Of a DNA stretch of 64,000 nt, positions 35,651 to 50,300 are shown piece by piece. The DNA comes from Bigelowiella natans CCMP2755 (taxonomy: Eukaryota > Protista > Cercozoa), in NCBI GenBank assembly GCA_000320545.1, contig ADNK01003147.1:1-64000 (forward strand), written 5' to 3'. The notes under the pieces were generated by a model. It made no database searches, was not told the DNA's origin, and was given only the letters and a program-made list of their open reading frames with translations. The translations under genes and the position numbers were made by a program. The stretch's first letter is position 1; every line of letters begins with the position of its first letter.

Positions 35651-37063
35651 TTCTGTGATGAGGGTGACGTGAGGTTGCACGTGCATGCTGGGCATGCATG
35701 TCAATGTCCCCACGTTTGTCAAGGCGAAATTGCCTGAAACTGAATCATGCGTGGCGGCAGAGGCACACGATGATGGGAGAAACAGACTGAGGGCTCACCG
35801 ATGACACACGTGAGGATGAGCTGCAATTCTGGAATTGGCCAGCAGTCAGCAGGCGCTGCACGCGTTGTAGCGGCAGTTCAACGAAGTTGCACATTGCACT
35901 TTGGCTGCATTCGCATTTCGTTTTGTGCTGGCGGTTGCTTGTCACAGCTAACAAGCGCCCGCAGCTTGCGCTGGCGTTGCCACTGCTACAACGCTGCAAC
36001 CACATGCGGCACTTCGCATCGCGGTCTGGACGCACAGTGTTCCAACCCGCACATGGACGCTCAGGAAATTGTTGCCATTTGACACGAATCGAAGGCATGC
36101 ATGTGTCCTTTGCGTGCGTGTGCACATGCATGCACGTAGTAGATGCCATTTCTGCACAACGCAAAAGAAAAATTGCAACATTTGTCGCAATGATTCAAAG
36201 GACCTTTTGAGGGGGGGCCACACATTCGTCATTTTGGACAACGTCGCAACATTGTAACATCACATGCGCAAAGTGTGCATGATGTCATTGCGGTGTCTAT
36301 GATCTGCACGAACGAGCAAAAAACAAAAACCTCCTAGCTCACAATGGCGCCAATGCCCATGCCTTGAGAGCAATCATAGCATCTACACGTTCATTGTGCA
36401 ACAACGTGCTCACAAGCACCTCAACCATGATGAGAACACGGGGCGGTGTCCAAGAACATCGCATCGATCTTCGTCATTTTGACATGCAAACGGCTTGCCA
36501 AAGTGCAGCGCCATTTATTGATTCAACTCGAGACCTTCATCAATATTTTTCATGCCTGGACGATCTTTCCTCGTGCAGATACGTATCCTACATCGATGTT
36601 TTGCGAGCCGCCATCGATGAATTTGACAAGCATATACTTGCCTGGGGCAACGCAAAAACAAACCAGTATTAATAATCACACACGTCGAGTTGTTGTCTGA
36701 AAATATATGCCATGCCGCACGTAGCGTACAGTAGTCATCACGTTATCTATGATTACGTAACGAGATTGTGGACATTGCATTGGTGAGCTTAATCGGTTGT
36801 TATAACCTTTGACAGGAGTCTGAAGTTTAGTAGCCGACACTCTCTGCCCGTAGTGGCAATGCACAGAAGGGCCCATTTTAACAAATACAGCTGGCATCAC
36901 TGCCACTCCTACATTAACACACATTAAATAAATAAATAAATAGATAAATATGAAGATGAATAAATTAAAAATTAGAATTAACAACAATGCTAATAATAAT
37001 ACTAAATCAATATAAAGATAAAAAACTCATGGAGGCATTGCTTTGCAATGCACACAGCTGTAG

Positions 37064-38545
37064 CTATATTTCTGTTATATGTGTCGAGTGATGACCCTTT
37101 TCTTTCAGCTCATCCATCGATTTCGCATCATCGCTATCCTTGAAGTCCTCAGGCTTGGGAAGATCATTCGTGATGTAAACTGCAGCATGCTTGAAAATGT
37201 CGTTAGCAAACAAGCCCTTGCTGAAAGCGTATGGCTTGTAGAGTTCGATGGCCGACACAACAGCCTCCTCTGCAAAAGGAGTGAGTTGGTATACAAAACA
37301 CGCGTTGAGAACCTTGCGCTTGACACTGCATAACGCTCCCCCCTCGTAATCAGAGCGCGTCTGTTCAATTGTGTAGTTGCCCTCCATTGGAGGGCCAGAA
37401 AGGGGGCTTAACGGAAGCTCAGCCTCTGCGTCATCGTAGTATGCTTTCAGCTCTTCCAGCATTTCTGCCGCCTTCTTCTTGTCTTCATCAGACTTTTCCC
37501 CTCTCAAGTTTCCTCTTGGGCCTTCAAACTCCGCCCTCAATGAGACCAGTTTCGCAGCCTTCTTCGCAATGCGAGAGGTGACGTCCGCAAGAGGGTACTC
37601 GCTCGGTGAGGCCATGCCGTTCTTCTCGGCGACCTTATACCAATACTCAACATCGCACGGGATGAAACGGCTGTAGGGAGTCACGTTGTATTCGGTGCCG
37701 ACAGCATACGCGAATTGGGCAAAGCAGTTGCCCTTTTTAGCATACTCGAGGAGTGTGGCGAGGGCTGCTTTCTGGACATCGTTGCGCTGGCGGCAAGATC
37801 CGTTTAGTCGGAAAACGGCGTTGGAGAGCACGATGTTCGTCTTTCTCTGCGCGTCTGTTTTCGCATCCTCCGCCTCTTTCAATAGCATGTCCGCCGCGCT
37901 TGTTGACGTGATTTTGATCAACTCAAAACCCTTTTCGAGTTTTTCCTTGTTTTCCTTCATCTCTACCGCCAGGCGGATCTTCTCCTCGAAGGCGAGTTCG
38001 CTGAGCGTATTTCGGAGAGTAATTTCTCTCTTGATAATCCAAAGCGCCACGGATTTATCTTCTCTCTTCTTCTTGGCCCATCCAGCGGCATCAGCCTTTT
38101 GGAAGGCAGCCTTAACACCTGCCACACTTGTTGGCCTCTTGTCGTTGTCCTTATCAACAACGAACTTGGGGTGGAGAAGGCATCCGAGCGCCATGTTTCC
38201 TTCAGGGTCCTTCTCGCCAGCCTTGGCGAAGCTTTCCGCAGCAGCCTTGAAATCTGTATTATTCGTTTGTGTTTGTGCTTGCGTGAGCGCGTGTTGTGTG
38301 CGTGTTGTGGGCGTGTGTGTGTGTGTGGTTTGAGTACCTGGGGTAGTCCCGACTCCCATCATCAAAAAATATCCATATTTGAGTAATCCTGCAACTTCAC
38401 CAGTTTCGCTCGCTTTCTTGGCGTATTCGAGAGCTTTTTCGGCGTTGAAGTAGTAGTTCTTGCAATTCATATCGCCCTTGTCGTTGTACAGAGCCGCAAG
38501 CGCGCACATTGCCTTTGCGTCTCCTCCGTCAGCCTGTGCGTTTAT

Positions 38546-38584
<39 letters not shown>

Positions 38585-38983
38585 AAATATCCGTGAACGT
38601 GCATGTCTGTTGAACGTAAGCTTAGGTTTATTCTTTCTTATTATTTAGGTCTTTCGTTTTTCCGCAAACTTTTATATCGATGCAGAGTTTGATATTGTCG
38701 CGCCATAATCGTCATCATCATAAGTATGCTGCGCGCTTCTTTGTTTCATCTTCTAGTCACCGTCATCAGCATGTCACCGTACTACAGAAGTTAGGCTCAC
38801 CTTAGACTTGTTCTCTTTGAAGATCTTCTCGTGTTGGTTTGCCACACGCAAAACATTGTTAATCGCGTACTGACTGTCCTTTTTGCTTTTCTTATTGTAT
38901 TCGGTTGCCTTCTCAAGATCCTACCCAAGAGTGAGTCATCGTGCAAATGAAATATGCAAATGAGTGAAAATGAGCTCCTGCGT

Positions 38984-39057
<74 letters not shown>

Positions 39058-39793
39058 AGCGCGACCCTTTCAGCTCCAAACTTCCCGTGAATAAGGTTTA
39101 ACGCCAGCAATCCATAGGCTCGTTCCTTTTCATCGATATACTGACTAGAATGACAGAGTCCGTCCTTCTCCTCCAGCTCGGTCGGGGTATGATTGATAGC
39201 TTTTTCGAGCCACTGAGTATCATCATCATCATCATCATCATCATTATCAGCATACCAATCATCGTCGTCGTCGTAATCGTCAGTGTACCATATGCTTTGA
39301 GTTGAAGATGCTATAAAATGTCTAACTACTGCTGTGTCTGCGCGACCGTCATCATCACCACCACAAAACGCACCTGCGACGGCGTCCACGCCATCTTAGC
39401 CTTTGCCTCTTCTTCGGAGACTTTCAACTTCTTAAGATCCTCACTATTGGGTTTCAGCTCGTCTGTTCTTTTTTGAAGATGCATAGCCACCATCACCATA
39501 CCTGGCACGTACTCTCCCATTGCCGACGCAATCTTGTACCTTAGGCACAGCTCATGAGACGGGTTGCCTTGATGGTATATCCATGCGAGATCATACATGG
39601 CCTGGAAGTATGTGTGTGTGTTTGTGTGTGGGTGTGTGTGTGTATGTGTGTGTTTAGCCCGCCTGTGTTGAACAGACTACAATCCCAATGCGGCAAGGCA
39701 AAAAAAAAAAAACAACACAAAATTATGTTCTATCACTCTCTCGTCCAAGTGCTGCTTCTTCTCTACTGATCCAAGCACACTCGTATGTTTATA

Positions 39794-39834
<41 letters not shown>

Positions 39835-39900
39835 TAAAAATATATACTAAAACTTAAGTGTCTATGCTACTCTCCGTCGGGGCAATATGCGTAACATACG

Positions 39901-39959
<59 letters not shown>

Positions 39960-40119
39960 AAATGCATCATACTGCTGGATGGCCATGCTCAGCTGCTTTT
40001 GTGAGAGCCTCGATTGCCTTCTCCTTAAATTCCTTATTCTTCGGGCCCGGGGCAGAGTAGCTGTATTTATGCTTCAGCATGCTGCCTTCTTTGTACAATT
40101 CCGATACATTAGTTCCCAT
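37064..40119 (-). CDS. Sel1-like repeat protein (multi-exon)
   Basis: Exon 1 MGTNVSELYKEG..KAIEALTKAAEHGHPA. Further Sel1-type motifs AMYDLAWIYHQG, WLEKA, AMCALAALY..KALEYAKKASETGEVAGLLKYGYFLMMGVG, KAAAESFAKA, AKKGNCFAQF..YWYKVA. Confidence 0.8.
38983..39053. repeat. Compound (CA)n(TA)n intronic microsatellite (representative of many)
   Basis: Directly visible. Other dinucleotide tracts (TA, CA/TG or GA) at ~9020, 10088, 10778, 11653, 43757, 47865, 50246, 56300, 56540. Confidence 0.95.
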
Positions 40120-40311
40120 GATTAATAGTAAGTTGTCCTGTCCTGATAGGAAATCATGAAAATGAGAGGGAGAGTAAAGATCTATAATTGCCGGATATGA
40201 TATGGGAGATATGTAGCCGCATCGTACACACGATGATTGTGACCATGATTCTCACCACAAACACGCCATCATCACAGAAACAACACCAACAACAACAACG
40301 ACAGTATGATC

Positions 40312-40343
<32 letters not shown>

Positions 40344-41138
40344 GGCGCGCGCGCACACAACGCAAACTCCTTAATTTTCCCCTCTCTCGCCCAAAAACAT
40401 CAAAAGACACTTCCAACCGACAAGCAAAAAGGGCTCGCAAAAGAATACCAGAAAACCATGAGAAAGAAACCCCAGCCCAACTCAAACACGCAAGCACACA
40501 CGGAATCACGCACACGCACGCACACGCCTACAGGCTACATGGGCGCATTCACATACAGAGGATATGGGTTTTTCCGCCTGCCCCCTGCGTCCACTGCGCA
40601 AAACGAGTTTAAAAAACTGTTATTTTTTAGTAATTTCACGTTAATAAACACAGTGCGAAAAACGGATTATTTTTTGTAACGACTAGCATTCCTCCGGATT
40701 ACCGGAAATCCATTGATGACCCTTCTACTGCCATGCATTTCCCCTCATTTTGATGCATTGCGACAACGAATAAATGTCTATGGACCCAAGGACTTGTCGC
40801 TTTAGGTAGTTTCTCACTTTCGGAGACTGGAATGATTGGTTTGATCGCATTGTTGCTTTCCTTGCGTCAAAGAAATCGGGATGTCGCACAGTTGAGAATG
40901 GCTCTGTGTTTTCCCTGCGAGTCGACTTCCTCTGGGCCTGCTAGCCAGAGCGTCTCAGGTGCACGCCACCAACAGGTTGTGCTTGCACACATGCACACAC
41001 CTGTCTCCCATGTGGTTCTGGCGCATGTTCATTCAACTCTTTGGGCCCGCGTCTCATCACAGGATCATTGGACTAGTTGGCAATGCTTGGAAACGTTTTT
41101 CAGCGATCTGGCACATGCAAGACGGATGCAATTGATCA

Positions 41139-42089
41139 AGGGGGATTCACTCCCAAGGGTTTTGGTCCGTGTCATGCTCGGAATCCAATCCAAACTTCTT
41201 CCGAAGCACCACAGAAGACTTCTGGACGTGTGAAAAGGTCCAGAATTGTCCAGATGGGGGTGCAAAAAAGTGGATTTTCAAGGAAAAAAATCGAGGGCAA
41301 AAACTTTGGGTGCCGCGGAAAGGGTCCACTTTGCGTGTTGGCTCAAAAAAACATGCTCAGAGGCCGTGTCAACAGCAACTCCATCACCTCCAGAAGTTCC
41401 ACTCCAAAGTTCGCAAAATTGAACGTTTCCGCGCCAAAAAGGTGCTTTTTTTTTGTGGTTTTGACTTTTGTGAGTTTTCGATGTGTGGCTCCTAGCGGCC
41501 TGCACGGTGCCGATGCGGCAATCAATGAAGCTGGATGTGATGCGCTAATCGCAGCTCCAGAGCTGCTTGGGATTGGACGCACGAGCAAGACGTGTGGGCA
41601 CGATGGCGCACACTGGCACACTTTGTGCGTGCCCAGCGCGTGCGCACGCAAGCACTCACAGCTTCCCACTCTGATGCACACTTGTCACTTGATCATCAAA
41701 TTGAAGCTAGACACGTCGCGACGTCGCGCACGACTGGATGATCGACGCTGCGCACGTGATCAGTCACACACGCTGGTGCACACATCGATGGGAAGGGCGG
41801 GAATGATGAACAATGAATGATGAACAAAGCATTGATCAAATCTGCATGCGCCAGGGAAGTGGGTTGGGCACATCTGAGACATCCCAGTGACTCGATGCCA
41901 AGAGTTCCGCCAATGTGCATCTTGGGCAATTTCACTGGACACTTTGTGGATGGTTTTTGAAGAAAACATTGAGGAATTTGAACAAAATTTGCATTTTTTT
42001 GGGTGAAATCGAAAAAATTTTCCCGGCTGACGCCGGGGCAAAACCGCCGAGCATGACACGGACCAAAACCCTTGGGAGTGAACCCCCCT
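41139..42089. mobile_element. Non-autonomous DNA transposon (MITE-like, 951 bp) with 43-bp terminal inverted repeats
   Basis: AGGGGGATTCACTCCCAAGGGTTTTGGTCCGTGTCATGCTCGG at 41139-41181 and its reverse complement (1 mismatch) at 42047-42089. No transposase recognised inside. Confidence 0.88.
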
Positions 42090-42581
42090 TGGCAATTGAT
42101 GTCAATCAAATTTGTTCAATGGCCATGCTCAATGTAGCTGTGCTTGTGTGCAATGCAGCGGCTACAGCGCTAATGTTGAACCCATTCAATGTGCACACAC
42201 GTGATGCGTTCAATTGCAAGTGGCATGCACACTGCTACCAGCACCACACCAGCTAGCCAGCACGCACGGACAGCCTCTCATGACAGATGAGAGTGAAAGT
42301 TGCGAAGGCGCCTGCATGCGATGCTGCACACGCAAAGGCATGTTTGCGTGTCTGCGATGTAGATCGATGCAAAACATCACTCGCAACTTTAGCAAGCACT
42401 GCGGACGAGCACAAGATGCATGGTAATTTGGAACAACCGCGCGCACGGCAAAATTGTGAAATGCATGCAATGTATCATTGTCTCTTGATGCTAATTATCA
42501 GTTTCTTTATCGATTCTGTACAGGTTACTCTCATGGTCATTTGTCAACGCTCACAAAACCAATTTAACGGGTGAGTAGTGA

Positions 42582-43620
42582 TTAAGAGTCTTCGAAGCAG
42601 ATGTAATCTGCAAGAATGTGTGCTGTTCCAGTGCAAGGTCCTGAGCACCACCACTCGAAAGAGAATCCTCTTGCGTCTTTCGGGGAAAAGACACGCATGT
42701 CCTCATTTCTGCCTTGATAAAACCCTCCCCTATGTCCGGAGAAACAATTGGCTGTGGGGGGGGGGAGGTGTCCCCCGCAGTCTTCGGCCTTCCAAGTGTA
42801 GGAAATCGTATTCTGCCCCGCATCCCAGAAAAACTTATAGCACTTGTAGATCTTCCATGGGCTCTGGTCTCTGTGTCTCAGCTTCGGACAGACGTAATGT
42901 ACCTTAGCAGAGAGAGGAAGCAAGGGCGGGTATAAATAAGAACGATGATGATTATGGGCGTTTGGAAGTAAACTGTACGGTATGGATGCAGCGGCTCATA
43001 CGTGTCGCACGAACGCATTCACTGCCTCCCACAGACGAATACAAACCATATTTTATATGGAAAATAAATACTTTTAATATAGAGCAATAATGATGACTCA
43101 TCGACCCGTTCTCTCTCATCCTTTACTTCACAACAACCCTGTTGTTGTTTCCACCACCCGCGTCTCTGGCCGCCCCCTCCCGCTCACACTACCCCTCGAA
43201 ACGCAAAGGCAATGCACAATTACAACATCATCTCACGGCACCTCAGCGTTGATATTCGCGCTGCATCCGGGGCACTGCCATTTGATAGTTGTTGCTTGCT
43301 CGTAACGTAACACCTCCCATTGCTTGTCTCTCCCACTCTGCGACCTCTGCCCGAAAACAGCAAGGCAGTCTCGCCCATTGAATGGAGGCAGTTTCCCCCC
43401 GCACTCCGCGCTAGTGAAGGTGTGGGATTTGGTGGTGGCTCCTGAGTAGGCCCGAGTAGACTTACATCGGAAGAAGCTGAAATCGGATGTGAGGCGCGAG
43501 TTGGACGCAGGGCACAAGTAATCGGTGGCTAGGTTGGTACTAGCTGCGGCGGAATTCATCCACCATTTCATGCGTGGAGGATTCACGTACGCACGGAAGT
43601 CTTCGTCTTCGCCTGCGAAT

Positions 43621-43661
<41 letters not shown>

Positions 43662-43753
43662 TGATTATGATCGTTTTGTAGAATAGCAGCAGGGTGAGGG
43701 GTTGCAAGCGTTTTCAGTGCTGATGTGACAACTCCTTCTGAATGAGTGGAGGC

Positions 43754-43800
<47 letters not shown>

Positions 43801-45982
43801 GGGAGGCGGGGAGGGGGAAGGAAGTATTCGGTTTCTTCAACTCCAAAAGCTTTGTAAAGAAAAAGAAATATGACAAATTCCCAAACGGTGCGTATAATCG
43901 ACTCTCTCTTCGCACACTGTATGAGTTATCTCTGTTGGCACCTGATTGTCGCGCCTCTTTTATCCCAATAACACACGACGTGGAGCTCCATGAGCGAGGT
44001 CCTCCTGTGCAGTTGGGGAAACAACACGCGAATTTGAAATCATGTGCAATTTCGAAAAAACTCGTACAAAATCTTGCTCATCCTTATCACCATCGTTGTC
44101 TATATCTATATTGCGAACAGCATCATACACGCGCACAACAGTCTCTAGATTTCAGATCGAAGCAAAACACGAGATCTCTCCCCCATAAACTAATCAAGCG
44201 GCAAAAGGTCTATAATGGCAAAACTGGCAAGCATAAACTAAACAATTCCTTCCAGCTGCGGAGAGCAAAAAAACGTCGCGTAATGAAGACTTACCACAGT
44301 CTGCATCGGTAAAGGTATATGTAACTCCTCGGTACGTGCCCCCCCCACCATAGCTCGCAGGAGCTTTGCAATGATGCAGCTGCTTGAGCTCCTCGACGCT
44401 ATCGACCGCCTCTTTTGCAATCTTTCCAGAGCACGCAAGGTACTTATACAAAGCATCAGCATCGTGCACGATGCTCCCTGTGCGCGAGGAGCTAGAGCCG
44501 GTTAGCCAACTTTCAAGCTCGTACTTGCCGACAGCAGTCTTCGCCTTCACTGGCTTTATCGTGGCGAGGTGGGGGAGGTTGGCGAGCACCGGAAACTGGA
44601 CCGTAGGGTCCACTGGCGGCGTGAGCGCGTATATCTCCACCTTGCTCACTACAATTCTATTAGGCCCGGGCATGCCCCCCCCATAATTCACTGTTGACCC
44701 AAACGAGTACCACCATTTCGTGGCATGGTTATTTGAAGAACCACTCATCATAGTGGAAGAGCCAACGTTATATTGAAGCCCCCCCCAGTACTCTCCCGTG
44801 TAGGGTACACTATCAGCTTGGTAGCCTGTTACCCCCCTTGAACGCTTGATGAAGGGATTTGATGTTTGATACCAGATCTGCGGCTTGAGGTCATGCCCTG
44901 GCCAAATCATCTTCAGCCATAGTCGTCCGTCCGGCATGCGGTAGGTCTCGAGCTGATCGAAGATCGCGTAATTCGCGGCATTTGGGTTACCGGCGTTGAG
45001 CGAGAAGGTGGTTATGCTCGGCCACAAGCTTGCGGTATTGAAAGTTTGGCGCCCGATAAGAACCTCGCTGCCGTGCGTAATTGTCCACGACCACCCGTCT
45101 TTATCCTGAATCGTCAGAGGGTGGTAGTATTCTTGCAGTCTCCAGTGATGAATCTTTGGCGCCGAGATCTCCACCAACGCTTGCTCTTCCGTGAGCTTTA
45201 AGGAGCCTTCTGTCATTGCTTGCCACATCTTGTGCGTGAAAAACGTGTCCTTCGTCTCCTTAGGAAATTCCGGATCGTTCTGCATGCCGTACCAGTCGCC
45301 CTCCCAGACATATCGCCCCGCTTCTTTCGCGGGAACATCCTCTGGATTGTTGAATAGCTTATCAAAATCATCCGCCCATTGCAGCTGTGCGCACCCGCGC
45401 TGCCGTCCGGCAAACCCGCCGTAGTAGTCGTCAATGGAGATCTGTGACACCGACACGTGCGTGTTCCTCCCGACGAAGAGGAACTCGATCTTGCCCGAGC
45501 TATCCGTGGTGGCGACGCCGTGGATCATCTGCTGGTTCTTGCAATGCGAGGCGACGATGTACTTGTTCGGCCCGCCGTTGATTTTGAGCTCATTGGTCCC
45601 GCAAGGGTACCACCCTGGAGATACGCCAGCTGTGCAGTAGTTCCAGATGTGATAGTGATACCTGGATCGGGGGGGGGACGGTGATAGCGAAGATTAGAAC
45701 GCTTCCTTCATTAGGAATGAGACTATAGAGATTGTACGTGCGTGACTGCGTGACTATATTGTCGCGAGTGGTGGGGTGTGTGGCAAGCTCGCATCGTGTG
45801 CATGAATAAGGGTGGGAGGGGCCGTAGAGCTCTTCCTGTTTTTTTGAAGTTAGAAACGCACTTAAATTCTACTATTATAATATATTATCTATGTTTGATT
45901 TATACACACACACACACACAAACATATATATATATATATATAATTTTGTGTATTTTAACATATCATACTATATCAAACCAAC

Positions 45983-46024
<42 letters not shown>

Positions 46025-46715
46025 AACACACACACGCACGCGCGCGACATACGCACATGCATTCTAAGTGTAAAAAGCTAAATAATAGGTGCGTGATAAG
46101 GACGGGACGAAGGCATCATACCTTTTGCTTGGCTTTAACCCTGAAACCGTAGCTTTGTTGTCACTACCAGGGCCGGATAAGAACCCGTCTTGATAGTTGC
46201 GCGTATGGCTCCATCCGACTAGTTTTAGTGTCGCCTCTCTCGACGTGTACGTAAACGTCGTGGAGCTACTAAAATGTGTGTTTCCTCGATTTCCAAGGTA
46301 AAAATTATAGTAGTAATGCGTGCCGCGCGTGCTTGTGCACTCGAGGTATCTCCCTCTGTCAATCCCTATAGCACTGACGGCAGTGTGGCCTCCTCCATTT
46401 CTATCGAAGTAGAAGATAATCTCGCCTTTTTCGTTCGCATTAACGTACCCAGTCGCGGACGGTATGTCGCAGGGAGAAGTGCTCGTAGTGAACCAGTGGT
46501 TGTTGTTGATCCGCATCTTCATCTTCTTGTTTGCGTGGGTTACCGCGTATTGAAAGACTGCGAACTCGTATTCCGCGTTGGGTTGGAGATTGTAGATCTT
46601 GACCTGAGCCTCCCCGTTGGTGTTACGAAGATACCCTTTGTGATATCCCCTGGGAGGAGGAGGGTGAAAATAAGTCAGTTACTTTTATCTGTATATAATA
46701 CCGACGTGATGATAT

Positions 46716-46758
<43 letters not shown>

Positions 46759-46880
46759 CTCTCTCTCCTTTCCCATTCCCACCGCACCTATACATATATA
46801 CATTGTGATACAAATAATATATATATATATATATATATATATTATACAAAACATAAAACACAAACAAAAACAAGAAAACA

Positions 46881-46929
<49 letters not shown>

Positions 46930-47246
46930 AGAGAGAGGGGGGGAGGGGGGGTAGAGAGAGGTTCGGCTCTATAGCATCACACTAACAAGTAGGAAATCCT
47001 CTCAGTCTCTCCTATAATACCTTAGATGCGTCCAACCGTACAAAGCAGCTCTTTCCTGTTTCCCCCCCCCCCCTGCATACTGACTAAAATGATAATACGT
47101 CGTGGTGACTCCCAAATTAGAGTTTTTCAGTCCCTCCTCTGCAAAGTCAAAGATGAACTCAAAGTCTTGTAGCTTCTTGAAATCGAGTTGCTTTTCCTCG
47201 TCGCAGTTCAGCACCGTGCATGCATTCGATCCGCCCTGTGTGGGGT

Positions 47247-47296
<50 letters not shown>

Positions 47297-47883
47297 CGAG
47301 AAAGGGAGGGGGATAAAAAATGGGAGGTGAGAACACCACCAAATGCGAATCATGGCTCGCACTTCGTCAGAAAACCTCTCGACACCCACACACACGCATT
47401 CCATACATCTAACGTATCATCTGATGCACCTCGATCGTTCATTTTCAAAACAGAACCCAACAAAAATTAAAACAAAATAAAATAGTCGAAATAGTCGCCT
47501 TCCCCCCCCCCGGCCCACCCGTATTGCCCATCCTGGACACGCTGTGTCGTGGGGTACAAGGCCTGATCCTTCCATTGTTATCGGGACGAATTGGTATGGG
47601 GCATAGCCGGGATATTGCCCAAATTTGCAGTCTTTGTCATTATTTGAAGCGCATTCAATTCTTGATTTGATTGTTGGATGACATCGTCCAGCCACCCCTG
47701 AGCCAGTATCTAGATAGTACCATTGCTCGTTTGCTGCCGAGCAGACGCCTGGTACTCCTTCTGGCTCTAACCCGATATAGGAGAGCACCATGTGCCCCCC
47801 CCCTCTCTGGGTAAAGGTGAAGGTCAACTTCCCAGTTGAGTCCGACCTGCCAACACACACACACACACAAACACACACACAAT

Positions 47884-47928
<45 letters not shown>

Positions 47929-49684
47929 TTGTAAATACGCACATTGTCGTCCCCGTATATGTAGCCTCGCCCATATTCCTATTAGTCCTTATGGCAGAGA
48001 CTTTTGGGAGCCCTCCTAAGAAGACGCGTGATGGGATCAAAAAACAAAGTATTAGCTAGCTAACACCTATCGCATGTTCCAACGCTATGCGAAACGTGCG
48101 CAAACACAGGAAATGTGCTGACACTGACCAGCTTGAATGTCTGACTCGTAGTAGGCCTGACCGCCGTTGTTATACTGGAAGATGTGAAAAATATATCGTT
48201 TGCTAGTTTGGAGACCAGAGATCACCGCCGTTCCAGTGCCTGACGAGTCTCGATACCGACCGAGATGGTAGCTGGCGTGCTTTGTAAAGCCTGTGAGAGC
48301 AAGCTTGTCAACCTGCCCAGTGACTGGAGAGTTATGGCTTGTCGTCGCACCTGACGTTGTCCCTGTATAGCTACTCAAATCGAAGTAAATGGGGAACCGC
48401 CGTTGCTCGCCGGTTCCCACAAGACAGCGGCACTCTTTGGTGATGCCCGGTGCAGGATTTCCAAACTCGCCACTCGTACAAGAGATGGAGGTTTGACTGT
48501 GCTTGACCTTCAGCTTGCCTTGGTCGATGGCTGACCTTATCGAGTCCGCAGGATTGAGGTAGAACACCGGCCCCGAGCAGCTGCAAGTTCCCCCTTCATT
48601 TGCACATTTAAACGAGACGATGGAATCGATGTGGAGCATTCGATAGACCCCATTCTGTGACCCCCCTCCCACCTTTGTCAAAGTTCCCCAATAGCCGGGT
48701 ATTCGCTTGACTTTCGCGTCTACGCCGGCAATCGTGGTACGTTTCGAGTAGAAATTCGTGTTTAAATCCGAGAAATCGCCCGAGATGGCGTGGTAGAAAT
48801 GCGGTCCATTGCTAACAGCGCCATCCTGAACGGCAAATAACCCATCCGTGGCAGACTTGGACTCGAAGTAAGCGACGGCGTGATCCATTTGGGATTTGTA
48901 GCACTCCTCCGTGGTGCACCTTCCCGACTTAGCGCGAGTCATAATCCTGGCGCTGGTGGAATCCTGGTAGATTCCATCGAAGACAAACAGCCAATTCGTC
49001 GAGCACGCTACTTCAGGCACATATGCGTAGATGTCGTAGTAATCATAGTGTGCAATGCCACAGGAGGTCCCTGCGCCGAGGCCAGCGTAAGTCTTGGTCG
49101 GTTCTCGTCGGAGCTGAAACGCTCCGTATCGATTCCCCCCTCCGTTCCGGCTATGCCAGAAATTTGCGGCCTGATTGTCGCAACGAGATGTCCTCCTATC
49201 GTTCTTCATGTTTCCTAGATCTTCCCACAAGTCTCCTGGCCCAGGGCTGTAGACGTAAAGGCCGGAATCCATTACTCCCGAATTACAGCGACTGGCGTCA
49301 TTTCCTAGGATGTTCCAGCAAGAAGCAGCGCCATAAAACCTCTGCTTGTACTTTATCTTGGTCCACTTCTGCAGATTGCTAACACGAATGTAGTGCATGG
49401 AATCGGCTCCAGGGTTGCCACAACCTGGGTTTTGACCAGTAACTGCGATCTTCACACCGCCACTGCTGCTTTGGTATGCAGTAGTTGATCCACAGTTTTT
49501 TTGCCAGACGATATGCGAGTACTGCACGTGCACCCATTGTGAGGAGGTCAAGCATTGGGGAAAGACGTCCACCTCCCGGTAGTTCCTAACGTCTCCATGG
49601 AGGATGTGCGCCGCGCTTGTGTAGTGGCCAGAGTTGACGTAAGTTGCTGTGTGGGCCTTCAAAGCGCATCTGTGTAAGGGTTAC

Positions 49685-49718
<34 letters not shown>

Positions 49719-50243
49719 ATGTGTGCGCGTCTGCGGGTGCGTGCGTATTGCGGATGGAGAGAGGCAGAGAGAGTGAGAGAGGGCGGGGGAGAGAGGGAGA
49801 ATGAGGATTTAAAACCAGAATTCTATCAAAATCTACTCTCCTGAGATTACTCACTGTGCTGTGGTGTATGAAGTTGTGCATTTCGGAGCCGAAGTGTCGC
49901 CGTTTACGTGGATACTTAAACATCGGTCTCGTTTCTTCACTGTAATCGTATACCTGGAGAACCAAAACAAAGTTCATCAAGTCTTTTCGATGCTGTCTAC
50001 TCGACTATCCACCAATTGCAACTTACCATGTGTTCACGCTGAGCTTAGAAGCAGTTTTTACATCGCCCATGCATCTGCCATGGCCTCCAACATTACCGGC
50101 AGAGATGTAGTAAAAACCGACCCTCCCTGAAATTGTATATCGTGAGATTTAATTATAGAATTTTAAATATATATAAATATATAAATATACATGTATACAA
50201 TTTTATATATCCCAAAAGACTCCATGTATCATGCATATTTCAT

Positions 50244-50300
<57 letters not shown>

